In this document: in pieces, positions 37,361 to 50,488 of the stretch
Layout: each line of letters starts with the position of its first letter
Position numbering within the stretch: the first letter of the stretch is position 1
Assembly: GCF_018977255.1 (NCBI RefSeq)
Contig: NW_024704743.1
Span: 104,720,001 to 104,780,000 of the forward strand
Source of the DNA: Callorhinchus milii
Lineage: Eukaryota
Direction of reading: 5' to 3'
Length of the DNA: 60,000 bases
Notes under the pieces: model-generated
What the model was told of the DNA's origin: nothing
Databases searched by the model: none
The model's input: the letters and a program-made list of their open reading frames with translations, nothing else
Program-made: the position numbers and the translations under genes

Positions 37361-40300
37361 ATCTTGGCCAGGGTATCCCCAAATAAAATGATTACAGAAT
37401 ATTATGAGTATTTCTGGTCTGGACCTTGCCAGTAAAACCATTATTGCAGGTGCAGTTTTGCATCAACTAAGAAGGAGGTGGGGGAGTAACTTAAGCAATA
37501 AATAGTGTGTGTGCTTCTCTTACTTGACAGGATAGGAACAGTCTTGCTGCAAAATAATGCACCTTAATTCACAGGGTATTCTCTCTCCGCTATAAGTATT
37601 GCAAATCAACTATACTTTCAAGCCATTAGGTTCCATCAGTAACACTTGGAACCATATTGTTATCAATAATTAATTCATATTTAATATTTAAAAAGTAGTT
37701 GCAACCACAATAATGATTAAGATGTGATATTGCAGCAGGCCTGTGAACACATAAATGTTTGAGGACAATGGGTAACATGCATCATAAATTTATAATAAAT
37801 GTAGCTCATGAAACATTGATCACGTCATTATCACATTGGCAGCTTCATGTTCAGCTCAGCCTTTTATCCTGACTGTGTTCGTCTCAGGACACCAGTATCC
37901 TCTAGTAACCGCTCAATATATCTTATACAACATGCTCAATTAGGAAAAGCATGCATTGAACTAGCCCCAGCTCCCATATGGACCATGGACTTTAATTTAA
38001 GTGATACATTGGGAACTGTATCTTCCACATTCCTGTAGACTTTAATATGTATTAACTATATATACTGTATCTATTATTAAACTGCAGTACTGTCTCCCTG
38101 TTCAGGGATATTAAAGATTCCATGATAAAATTCAAAAAGGGAAAAAAGTTTCTCCCAGTGTCCTGGCCAACATTCCCCCAGATAAAATTGATTTTTCACT
38201 TCATGGCTGTTCATAGGCAAATTGGCATTTATGTTTGTCGACAAAATACACATCCATTACACTTTTCAGTAAATCTGTGAAGCACTCTGAGATGTTTTGA
38301 TGATAAAAATAATTTGGTGATAAAATGCTATATCAAATGTAAGGATTATTATTATTAATTGGTTTCTTGCAATGTGGTGTATTAACGACATCGGAGGAAC
38401 AAAAAGCGGAAAAGTTTAAAGGAACAATAAGCAAGGAAGCATTTATAAAATAGACAATATAGAGTCTACGATATTGAAATGTCTCAAAATACTTCATGGA
38501 TAATTACTGTTAAATGCAATGATGCATTCGTAGGCAAACGTACCAGCCAATTTGCACACAAGATCGCAGAAATAAATATGAAGTGAATGAGCAATTTTAT
38601 CTGGCAGATTGTTAGCCAGAACATTAGGAGAATCTTCATTCACTTTCTGAATGGTGCCATGAGATCTTAATCACTCATCTGAACAACTAGACAGGACTTA
38701 GGTTTAATGTTTCATCCGAAGGATAGCACCAACGACAGTAGTCCTCCCTCAGCAGTGCAGCGTAAGCTTGCACTCTGAGGTTTGAATAATAATGCCAGGG
38801 ATGAGGAAAGGATCACTTATTAACCGACGAGCATGTTCTTGTACTCTGTTCATAAATAGAAAAGAAAATGCTGTCAAATACACTGAAGCAGCAGGATTAG
38901 AGATTATTAAGAGCTGGAATGAGTTACTAGGAAGGGTGGTAAACCTCAATTTGGTGCTAACTTTCTATCTTACTTTCGGTTATCGACTCATAGCTCCACG
39001 ATTCTGTTCTGGTTCCCAACGAATATTAGCGCAGGAACCTACCTGACAGCCTGAATTGCCCTGCTCTTCCTATCTGTTGGTTGAAATGCTAGCAGGAAAG
39101 GTTTGGCAGGCAAGACATCAACTGGCAGGCTTAGGAATCTTATCTGGCATCCAGTACGTGCATGTTGAGTTCACCATCGGGCAGACAGATAGTTGCTTTG
39201 AGCGCCAAGAGCATGTAGAGCTCTGGTATAATCTCACCCATTCTCTGAAGTTGTCAATGTTACATGTAGCTTTTGCAATCTCTCGCTTCATCGCCATCTG
39301 CATCAAGATGTCTCCAAGAAGAAAAATAAATCTGACAATCAGCTAATTCTGTCATCACTGTCTGTAGCTGAATACTGCAAGGACTAAATCCACAGCTTGT
39401 TATTTTATATGTCCCATTGCATTTATGCCATGGAGACTTTCAAACAGGGTCAATGTACATAATTGGAGAAAGAAGAGGAGCTGCATGTTATCTTGTGTAC
39501 TAGAATCATATAGGTCTTTCAAAATACTGGCATTAGTTCAAGAGACTATTGACAGGACATTAGAACCCTAAGTGGAGATACTGATAGAAATATAAGCAGA
39601 TGAACAATTTGCATGGTTGCAGTTGTATAATGCCTTAAATCTCCAGCATGATCTAATTAACTATGTCTGGTGTCATTGTTTAAGCAGCTAACATCAAAGC
39701 ATATTCTGACAACATTTGCAAGGTGGTGATGGTCTGTAGACAAGAAAGACATTACATTATCTTTATTCTTTCACTGGAGTAAAATGTTCATGAACCTTTG
39801 CTGTTCTTCAGTGCAAAGGCAGAATCCAGGGAGTGTTTTATGCTGTACTGGTTTGGAAAAGGAAACAGTTATGACAGGAAAGGATCTGACTCCATAACGT
39901 TTAACTTAATTAACGTTTTGATGGAGATAACATGTATAAATTATTTTAATTCATCATTGCATCATTAAACTGTAGATTCATAGAGAAATGATATAAATGT
40001 TTCAAAGATTCGAACAATTAACTGCTTGTGGTGTACCGTGCCATTAAATCGCAAGAAATATGCTTTTGGCAGTAATTCTATGCATGGCAAGTGGCCGACT
40101 TCAAAAGTGACATTGCTGGAGGTACCGAGGTGGAGCTCAGGGACTCAGCTTCTCAGCAGCGGCTGTTATATTTGGAGCGTAGAGTAAGAAAGATAAAAAT
40201 CAATGATGAGTCAAGCAACTGAAAAGCCCACAAAATAAGGAAGAAAAGGTAAGCAATAAGGCACCAAACGAGTGTTGAAGAGTTCGTAAGAGTTTGGAAG

Positions 40301-40578
40301 AGCAGAAGTAGCGATGAGATACTGAAGATCCCTGAGAGAGGAAGAGAGTCGCTCAGAGGAAGCTTAGTGCCTGTTCTGGGGCAGAGGATGGAGTAACTGC
40401 ACTAAATGTCCTCTTTAAGCCAGTATATTCTACATGCGCATTAAATAGTTAGATTGAAGAGAAGCTGGAAACCAAATGAAAACGTCTCAAAAAAAGTTTC
40501 AGACAAAGAGAAAAGCATTATGATGACAGCTGAAAACCGCTCATTATTAAACTCTTGTGAGTAGCAGGGATTACTTAC

Positions 40579-40650
40579 AGCTGCTCCAGTGAAACGAGCC
40601 CTTTAAACGCTTGCCTGTCAATTGTTTGGATGTCGTTCTTGTACAGGTAA
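40579..40650 (-). CDS. PXDNL: Peroxidasin-like exon 4 (LRR): YLYKNDIQTIDRQAFKGLVSLEQL
   Basis: 72 nt, acceptor attttcag, donor gtaagt, near-identical to vertebrate peroxidasin LRR. Confidence 0.96.
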
Positions 40651-41325
40651 CTGAAAATAAGTCAGAAAGTTAGTGTGACCCGACCATGTTAGCTTTAGGG
40701 TGTTGTCCAGCATCAATAAACAATGGCGATTTTACATTTATATAGTGCTGACATGGAGTCCGAGCTGGGAGTGGGGGAGCTGAGGAAGGAGGGTGGGGAA
40801 GGATGATCAAAAACATGATTGAAAAGAAATATCATAAGGTGACTTTTAAAGGTGGAGAGGGGCAAGGCGAGGCCGAGAGACTCCGAGATTTAGTTGCTGA
40901 GAGCGGAGGTAGAATGGTTGAAAGCTCATGCTGGTCGGGCAGGGGACATGAAACAGGCTGAGGGAATGGGTAATCGGTAGGATTGTAAGAAGTCGCAGGG
41001 ATTTGGATCTTGTATTCGAAGATCCAGAATGCTAGAACTTGAATTCCAGGACTCAATGATAATTCTTGTATTTGATATAATCCCTATGACATTAAAACAT
41101 GTCAAAGCTCATCACAGCTAATTGCTGTTACATTAATGGCTCTGGAGGCAAATATTGATGAAGTTACTCACCGGAGTGAAATATCAAACAGTAAATAACA
41201 TTACAGATAACTTTCTTGTAACTTTACATTTATACCACAGAATATATTCCTCTAAGTAAAGATTTAAATAAAGTTAATGAGGATTTGATCAGTGCACTTT
41301 TTAATCACCCAGAGGCAGTCATCAT

Positions 41326-42055
41326 ACAACAACAACAAAATCATATTTGTATAGCGTTTTTCGCGTCGGGAGGACATCCCAAGGTGCTGGACAGACAGAG
41401 TTACGGACCTGAGCTGAGGGTCGGGGTGGGGGAGGGTGGAGGGCAGGGGGGGAAGCATGGAGATTGAAAGCACGGTTGAAGTGGAGGGTCTTGAGGTGGG
41501 TCTTGAAGGTGGCGAGGGAAGGGGTGAGATGGAGGGACTGTGGGATGGAGTTCCAGAGGGTGGCTGCAGAGTGGTGGAAGGCCCACCTACTGATAGTGGG
41601 GAGAGTGAGGCAGAGGATATGAAGCAGGACGGATCCTGCTGAGCGTATGGACCAAACAGGGTGGTAGGAGATCAGAGAGGTAGGGGGGAACAAGACCGTG
41701 GAGGACTTTGAAGGTGAAGACTAGGATCTTGAACTGAATCCTCTGAGTGATGGGAAGCCAGTGGAGTTGGGCAAGGATGGGGGGTATAGGGTCGTGGAGC
41801 CTCGTGCGGGAGAGGCCATGGGTTGCAGAGTTCTGGATGATTTGCAGCCTGTCGAGGGAGGAGTTGGGGAGGTCGACAAGCAGGGAGTTTGCATAGTCTA
41901 GTCTCGATGTATTGAAGGCGTGTATGAGGGTTTCGGTGGCCTGCGGTGTGAGACAGTGTCGGAGCCGGGCGACGTTGCGGAGAAGGCAGAATGGGTTATG
42001 GCGCAGTTGTGAGGTAGAAATGATAGTTGAGGGTCAAACAAGAACCCCAAGGTCT
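41326..42055 (-). mobile_element. L2 LINE 3' fragment with intact 3' end
   Basis: FLFDPQLSFLPH, TLWNSIPQSLHLTPSLATFKTHLKTL; (CAA)n on the + strand. Confidence 0.92.
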
Positions 42056-42769
42056 TATACAAGAACATAAGATTGACTGAACACAACAATTGGATGTTGA
42101 TCATAGCAGTAAAGCCTGATAGCAACTCTGACTTTCCTTTTTGATCACTGAAAATGTTCTTGGCAAATGCTTTTGATTTTTGTCCAATATTGCTTCAAAC
42201 CAAAAATTTCACCCCAGAAAACACATTCAAATTACCTCAAGTGGCCCCACTAATCACAGCTCCAGCCATAAACTATAACTGCAGTTCCTATTCTGTGAGT
42301 TTTACACATAGTAGTCAGACAACTTGAGTTCTTTCACTTATAAAATAAATGTTTACAAGAGGGAAAAGCATAATAGATGGGCAAGGAGGAGGCTAGAAAA
42401 AAGGGATTAGGATGGGTAGAGATTCTTGTGGAGTATTAACACAAGCACTGACCAGTTGAGCCAAATGACCTGTTTTGATGTTTGTAAATTCTGTTCAATT
42501 CCACATAAATGTATGTATATATTTTGGATGCCCAGCAAGCTTCACTTAGAGCATCAAGAGTCAGGGAAAGGGAACTGGGACAGACAGATGTAGTTCACCT
42601 CATAGAAATCTCACATGACATCCACGCAGTTTGAAATGTAGCTGACCTCATAGAGCTCAACCAGGGGACACAGCTCTAAACTGGAATTACTGTGGCTACT
42701 GGCACCAGACATCACCTCCAAATGGCTAACTTAGTCACCTTTCACTCTACACTTTCACATTTCAGCTTT

Positions 42770-43175
42770 TGAGCTTCCTTGACAGCCTGATGAGTCAAGT
42801 GATCAACATCTTAAATCCATACAGACCACAAAACCACTGTTTTGATATGTTTGACAGGCACTGGTGACCTGATAACTCAGCAACATTATCTTAGGGATGG
42901 GAAAATCAGCCAAGGTTCCTGCTCCTGATCAGTATCTAATGACTCTTGTTGACTTGTGTAATAGGTGTGGATGGCAAGTACAAACAGGACCAGATTCAGC
43001 TGGGAATCCCCTAGAGGCGAAATAGTCTGCCAATGACATTGGAGAGGCTCACACATCATTAATAGCCCAGTTAGACAAGGTCACCAGTGCCTGTCAAACA
43101 TATGCCAGTGGAAAGAAAATGGAGCTTGATACCTTCAAGAGACGAGGAAGGGAGAAAATTGGTAAAGAAAAATTT
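42770..43175 (+). mobile_element. Old SINE-like repeat of a third family (also ~27960-28200 +, ~31850-32200 +, ~44500-44640 -)
   Basis: Shared blocks GGAAAA(T/C)(C/T)AG(C/T)CA(A/G)GGTTCC(T/C)GCTCCT(G/A)ATCAG, ACAGGA...GCTG(T/G)GA and CCTT(C/T)(A/G)AGAGA among the copies. Confidence 0.65.
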
Positions 43176-44239
43176 GGCAAGAAATAGTACAATATTAGCA
43201 TCATACCAATTCACGTAATAGTGAGATGTACTGTGGCCAGTGGGAAGCCAAAGTGATGCCAGACTTCCTCTTGCTGGGGATCTTACACTGCTATAAAAAC
43301 CTCATGAACAAACAGAACCTTGTCACAGTTGCACTGTTCACCTTCCATTGGTATAAACCCCTTCACAGTGCTACGTAGTATAATATAACATGTGAAGTGA
43401 GACAGCCCTGTAATTTAACCTGCCAGGGATAGTGGCAATGAAATCATACTCCCATGTTTGGCAGGGGAAATCTGGAGGCTTCGAGTGAGAGGTCTCGCAG
43501 GTCCAAGAACTACCAACTGTCTCCTCTCCCTCACCAGCTCGTCTCCAGTTTTTAGTTTGCTCTTTGACTGCTGTGCTTCTGAATGTTGCAGGAAATGTCA
43601 TATGAACTTATTGAGCTGCTCCACATCTCAATACCTCAGTGCAATAGATCCAGGTATAACTGTCCTCACTGAGATAATGAGGTACGGAGGTGTTGTGACT
43701 TTTATTAAATATTAAAAGTCATGCAGGAATCGGAATTTAAATTTAGCTGCACTACAAATGGTAGAATATAAATGATTGTGTTATTCAGGCTTAAGTTTCC
43801 CAGGATTATTTTAGCAATTAATTCAATACTGTACTAACTTAAGTTTTGAAGATAGCAACTATCAGCTTGGGACACAGGTGAGGCACCTCACACTAAAATA
43901 TATTGAGAAACACAGCCCACAATTAACAGTAAGTTTGTTACTTTTTCCGAGTAACTTTCTCTATTCCCTTTCTTCTGTTTATAACTCATTTTTCCTTCTA
44001 TTGTGTTAAAGTTCAACAGACTGAATGGTTCTGTTTCTGTGCTGTAACATTCATTCTAATTGCTGCTTGTCCTCATGAATCTTACAGAAATAGCTTTAAT
44101 TCATAGGTGAACCTTAGCACTGCCTGACAAAAGCCTGTTCAATTTAGGGGGAAGTGCACGGAAACTCAATCCTTCACTCATCTGAACACCACGCAACATG
44201 CATGAGAGGTATGTCAAATACTTTAGGATACACCAAGGC

Positions 44240-44500
44240 ATTAGAACAAAGGGACATGGGTTTAAGGTTGCAAAAGGGTAATTTTAGAACAGATGCCAGA
44301 AGGATTTTCTTTACCCAAAGGGTAATTAACTGGAACAAATTACCGGGAAGGGTGGTTGAGGTCAAGACACTGGACACATTTAATAAACAGCTTGATGCTA
44401 TGATAGGAAAACAGTAGGGTGGGTATTCTGGAAGGATAAGATCTATCAAGGCTGAAGAACATTCTTCATTCAAAATCAATCTTGTGATGTTTTCCTCCAT
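44240..44500 (+). mobile_element. CR1 LINE 3' end
   Basis: LRLQKGNFRTDARRIFFTQRVINWNKLPGRVVEVKTLDTFNKQLD. Confidence 0.88.
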
Positions 44501-44909
44501 CTATCTCAGAAGCTCTGACCAAATGGAGCTACCCTATTGCCTCTCCAATTGAGATCAATTACTTTAGCAGAGATAAGGGAACAAACCTAACATTTCTCAT
44601 CCCTGCATTTCTCAACTATTCACCTCAAACTTGGGAGTCTACTAAATTATACTTTAAACTTTTACTTCAAAAAAATCCTGTATTGAAAACATTTAGTTCA
44701 GCACACTGTTTATGTACTCTTTTTCCTGGTGGTTTCTCACAAATAGGAATGAAGATTTACAGGAACAAAAACAGTTAAAGACCAAAGGGAAAAATAGATG
44801 GTGAATTTTGTACCCCACAACAAATATACAATCAGAAAATGAAACTTCTAGATTACAACGATCAGGGTGATGGCATGTAGGGAAGCCAAATAGACAATTC
44901 ACCACTTAC

Positions 44910-44981
44910 AGGTATCTCAAGTTGTCCAGCTCCTCAAAGGCTTTTCTTGGTATCCATTTAATTTGATTGTTGTTTAGCAAT
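44910..44981 (-). CDS. PXDNL: Peroxidasin-like exon 3 (LRR): LLNNNQIKWIPRKAFEELDNLRYL
   Basis: 72 nt, acceptor ttttccag, donor gtaagt, phase 2-2, LRR consensus. Confidence 0.95.
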
Positions 44982-46534
44982 CTGGAAAAGAGCAAAATAT
45001 GAATCCTCCATTAAATTTGGACATCATTTATTTTGCCAAACATGTGCAACTCCTATTCAGTCAGTGAAGCAAGAGTTAACTTAGTGCAAAAAATATATTT
45101 GTACATAAAGCCACACTTAATAGTGTCACATCCAGCGGTAATGATTCTTACAGGATGCCTGCTGTGACCTAAATTGTTTTCCATCAATAAAACACCAAGT
45201 TTTATTATCAGAACAAAACTTCAATTCAATGTTATTTGGCATCAGTGGGCCAGAAAACACTGACCAGCCTACAAAACAATATTGGGCACTTTCATTTTGC
45301 CGAGCTCACAATGACCTATTCATTGAAAAATAGAACAGATCAGGCCAACCATTTGTAGTCATTTGAATACCTTGCATCCAAAGAACTCCCACTGCTCTCC
45401 ATTCCAGGTCTTCAACCATCATTAATCGTTTGGATTCAACAATATGTAGAATAGTTAGAGGAATTTAAGTTGCTCTGAATGGTGGTTGAGCCCCAGCCAT
45501 ATTGGATAACAAAAGATGTTACCAGACCACCCCTCCACCCCCAGAGATTCAGGGACCATTTGTTGTCCTCCATGAAACAAACGAGGGAAAGACCAGTAAA
45601 TTGCGATTAGTCTAATAGCTCGCAGAGAATCTAGCATCAGTTGATGATCAATGGGCCAAAAGGTCCCCTTCTGGGCTTTAATTTTATGATTCTAGGAACA
45701 TCAGTGAATTTGTTTTTTATTAATCTCTGTACCCCCCACCCATCCCACCACCACCAAATCTTAGCTATAATTTGTAAAATAAATGGGTACGAGAAAGAGA
45801 GATTCTGTTTCCCTTAGCACTGGGATGAGAACATATGGCAATCACATTTAGAATAGAAAGAAGGTGAAAATTCACTCCCATTTCTAATGTTATTGAATGC
45901 CATCCCTTACACTCCCATTGTTAATCTAACCCTTCATCATCCCTGCCCACCCATCTCCCAGCCTGCTCGTAACAGTGTTGTCAAGGTTACAAGTCATTAG
46001 AATATTTCGGTTCTGTTCCAAACCAGAAGTATTAAAACACAAGGGTGAACTTTGGTTGAGATTTCCTGTAAAACATCTGCATTTAAAAATATCAACATCA
46101 GCAATAGCCTGGCCAAATCACTGTGCATCCAACGTTTGGGAAAAAATTTCATCTGAGTCAAAATGTATTACATTTTCGTAGCATTTTAGGGTGCCCAGTA
46201 ACAGAGCCCAAACATTCTGTTGATTTCAGTCTTAACTTTGAAGTAATTCTTCTGTACGTATTTAAAAGAGAACTTTTAAGAACTGATAATGTAAGTTCTT
46301 AATCCTTAAGAGTTAAAATTAGGGCTGCATTTAAGAATTTGCTAAATTCATCCATCTCGAATAAAGAGCTCGATGGTGGCATTTTTAATATCCAAGAACA
46401 ACAATAACTTGCATATACATAGCACCCTTCACACAGGGAGCATTTCAGAGTGCTTTTATATAACTGTATAAAGTATCTCCCACTCACCTCTGAATAATTG
46501 ATTTACAAGTCATTCAATGTGATACCTGAATGTT

Positions 46535-46853
46535 ATAATAATAATAATAATCCTTGCATTTGATATAGCGCTTTTCACGTCTTCTAAACGTCCCAAAGCG
46601 CTTCACAGAATATACTGTAAAGTGAATTGACTGTATATTTGTGGGCAAAACACGGCAGCCAATTGCGCACAGCAGTGTCCCACAAACAGTCGTGGATTGA
46701 AAATGACCAATTTTTATTACGGTTTTGTTTTGGAGGGATTATTATTAGGCGTGTGGAATAAGGAAACTTGCCCAAGGTTTCGCCCTGCCTGGAATTGAAC
46801 TCAGGTCTCTCACTTGCAAAGCGAGTGCTCTAACCACTGAGCTACAGGACTCC
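46535..46853 (-). mobile_element. Young tRNA-Ala-derived SINE, full length
   Basis: Reverse complement of the 31039 copy; possible TSD GTTAT. Confidence 0.92.
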
Positions 46854-48198
46854 GTTATCAAAGGTTCACAAATTTTCTCCCCAACATTTCTATTGCAACA
46901 CTGATCACATTCTGTAAATCTTTTTTTATTTCTTTGCATTTCTTTAAGTATGAAATCAAAAGGTGAAACGAGTGAAAATGCAAGTCATTTTACTTCTAGC
47001 TTCAAATCTGGATTCATACAATGAAAAGCTCAACGAGGATAAACTGCGCGTAAGAAACATAATTCACAGAGAGATTGCAAAGCCTTGGCAATTGACCTTT
47101 AAAAGTCTATTTTAAATTAGGTTGCAATGGTTTTGATAGAATGCTAAAACTGTGGAGATTTAGAAATATTATTGCCATAAAGTGCTCTAAACTGGATCTC
47201 TAAATCAGTGAAATTGATATTGAGATGCTCACACGTCCTCATACTGTAGTTGGCTTTCATTTCTGTGTGCTTAAATGCACATATGGTGTTTATAATAATA
47301 ATAATCCTTGCATTTGATATAGCGCTTTTCACACCTTCTAAATGTCTCAAAGCACTTCACAGAATAGACTATAAAGTGAATTGACTGTATTCACTTTGAC
47401 CGTCAATGTATAAAAGACACCATTGTCCCAATGTATGCTTGTTTTACAGAGATAAAGTGCTCATTGCACCAGGAAAGCTTTGCTGTGGGCACACGCCATT
47501 AGTGATTTTTTCATTGCTGAGCATTTGCTCATAATTTGCAATGAAGTGTGATGTGAATCACTGGTGTTTTCTTACCATCTCGTATCTGTGATTGGCAGTG
47601 TATTCATCAGGCAAAGATGATGGAAAGAATATTTTCAAAACTTCAAAGTGTAAGATGAAAAAAAACATTGCAAGCCCAACTAAAAGATTAAAACATTTGA
47701 GTACTGATGATAATATTTGATAGCACATTGAATTGCTTATGCTGTTGTGCCCGGTTACATAAGCTGTTATGCCCTGCCGATGACTTCAACAACATACAGT
47801 ACTTAATTGCTTTTTTCTGGCAATCTGGCAGCTAGACCAACAGAGGACAAGGCTCCAGACTTTGAGATCTCAGTCTGAATCATGGTCTCAGTTGAGAGTT
47901 GCGCTCAGGATTTCCTTTAGAAAGTGAGTTTCATCTGTCTAAACTCTGTCATTGGGTAACATTGGATAATGTTTGAACTGCTATTTTTTTCCTTGTAGGT
48001 GAGATTTCCTGAAGTTATTATTTTAACATTTTTCACCCTCCACCTCTAATAAAAATTAATTTTTAACTTTATTTAGCTTTTATATCTATTTTAATTTAAA
48101 GGGATGGAAATAAATCTTCAAAAGAAATAAAGCTTTGGTACAGACTAGAAACTGATCAGTTGGATAAGGAAGAACTATTGCCCTGGCCACAAAGAATC

Positions 48199-48423
48199 GG
48201 TCCAAAATACTCCCGTTCTTAAGATGAATATTGTCTTAAAATTTAAGATTTTGCAGAACGTCTTAATTTCAGTCTTAATTTGCAAGTGATGTTTCCAGAT
48301 TACTCAAAACAGATGCTGGAAAATCAACTTTCAAATTAAATTAATTTCCCCCAAATTCTACACCATCTTAAATTTTAAACATTTTACTGGTCTTGTGCCC
48401 AAGAAAAAGAAAATTTTGAGCTC
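48199..48423. mobile_element. Palindromic MITE-like element
   Basis: GTCTTAAAATTTAAGAT / ATCTTAAATTTTAAAC inverted arms; shares CGTCTTAATTTCAGTCTT with 29382-29612. Confidence 0.55.
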
Positions 48424-48947
48424 CTAATACAGCAAGAAAGCAGATGTGATAAAGTGAAAGATTACAAATGTCTATATTAAAGTAGTATACAAGTTGGTAA
48501 ATTGCACTATAGTTTCAGTTCATCAAAACTGAGAATAATTCTGAATTGAGAATACTCCCTTCATTGTCCTCTTCCTGCTTGAATCCTTCTGGTCTTCCTT
48601 TGTTTAACACACTTATCTAGTCACTGTATTCTAACTAAAACATCGCACTAAGTAGCAGATTTGTAATATTTCAGTTTCTTTAAATTCCTCCATTAGATCA
48701 TAAATAATGAACCACATGTAATCTGCAGGGCATTGAAATTAAAAAAATTGTAAATCTAAATAGTAAAAAGTCAACACTATAAATATATGTTGCACACTGT
48801 CAATGTATTGTCTTGGAGATCTAAAGGGACTTTAATTCAATATACTCCACAAGTTCCTGTAGTTTATCAGATACTCAACAGAAACTTGTAGTTGTTCAGT
48901 GATATGCCACAGGTATATTTTTTCAGAAATCAGCTATGCCTAAGAAT

Positions 48948-48981
48948 GAGTAGAGTGAGTGAGTGAGTGAGTGAGTTGAGT
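48948..48981 (+). repeat. (GAGT)n microsatellite
   Basis: GAGTAGAGTGAGTGAGTGAGTGAGTGAGTTGAGTT. Confidence 0.8.
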
Positions 48982-50488
48982 TGGAAGATAAGGAATTAGA
49001 CCTTTGTTTAAGCCCTTTAGGTTTCCTAAGCATGATGATAATAATTTTTATAATAATGTCTGCATTTAATACAGCACAGTTTACATCATGAGAAATTTTC
49101 AATGCTATGAACCACTTTAAGACGTCCTTCTGATATGAAAGGCATTATATCACATTTTTAAAAAAGGTGTAGGAAACCAAGATCCTCAGTGAAAGGCACC
49201 ACTAAGATGGAAAAGGGTAAAGGAGTAGATTTGTGACACTAATATGGTGAAGGCATCAGTGACTGTTGGGAAGTTTTGGACTAAGGGGTAGATTTGACTA
49301 GCAAGTCAATGGCTTCATAGAAAGGACTGTAATGTACTTCACCACTCCTTTGTATAACCACTGTACAAGCTCATCTGTGTAGGTGTATTTTGTTTCTAAT
49401 TCACACACAATAAAATTACACCATTAACTGAAGTGAAATTCAGTTGGGGAAGCATTGCTCCTCCATAACTTAGTCTTACTTAGTTTGCCTCCCAGGTTTA
49501 TAAACACAACAAAACACTTGTTATATGACGCACACCAGATGGAAAGTATCAGTCCTTGAGTTTGTTTTTCCATAGTGCCTGTATTGAAATCCAGCCAGTA
49601 CTGTGGAGTGTAAGGGAGGATCTTCAATACTGTACCTGCAAAGTACTTTTGGTTGTAGTAATTCTGTATGCATTCGCAAGCAATAATGCGAGTGCTCAGC
49701 TCAGTGCAGTTTGAGAATGAGAATGCCTGCTGGGCGGGTAGAGCTGATTTCAAAGTGATTGGTATGGGCACAGTTGAAAAGTATCTCACCACATGGGCCC
49801 CTTTCACCCCATTTGTAAGCTCATAAGAGACTGATGTAATGCTATAATGTTCACTGTAAATACGGTTAAGAAAATGCTCAAATTGGCTGGAATGTGTTTA
49901 TTAGTACAGCAAAGGTTTTATGAGTTGACTCATTTAGTGCTCAAAATTTGTCATAATTGGCACTTGTGCTATAATCAGTTTGAATGTCTTTGCTAAAGAG
50001 ACATTCATTGCACGTTTAATAAGTGCAGTTTTATTCCTGATTCCTGCATGATGCCAGATCATAGCTGACAATGTTGGGCTGTTCAGGTTAGATTTCTACT
50101 TTATAAGCACCAGAGAAGTACAATTTTAAAAGATTTGTTTCTGATTCTTCAACCCTTTCCCTTGGTCCTTTATCTTGGTACCTTTATCCTACAGCAAATA
50201 AACAGTCAATGCACTTTACAGTGAATCCTATGAAGTACTTTGAGGCATCTTCCTGATGTGAAATGGACTATGTTAAATTTAATGTATTTTTGATCATTTG
50301 CAGATTCTGTACTAAGAATATGTACTAAGTATTCACTGTTGAAACTAAATAGTGTTTGCAATGCGGTGAAATTTGTGACATTTCGTAACTGATTGGGAGA
50401 TGATGTGAAAACAGTCTCATTCAATCTGTTACAAAGGCTTGCTTACAACCCTCTGTTCCTAAAGAATGGCCCTGAAACTGCACTGCAC

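Larger units (their letters stand above)
20254..44981 (-). other. PXDNL: Peroxidasin-family gene, most likely PXDNL; partial, exons 3-10 visible, gene extends beyond both window ends
   Basis: Eight GT-AG exons of 72,72,72,72,170,118,170,273 nt splice in frame into LRR x4-LRRCT-Ig-Ig, the PXDN/PXDNL exon 3-10 pattern. Residues [58 protein letters not shown] resemble PXDNL more than PXDN (from memory). Confidence 0.85.

Noticed and set aside
40200..40225. ATGATGA...CTGA as snoRNA C/D boxes
   Set aside because: Boxes only ~8 nt apart and antisense to the host transcript
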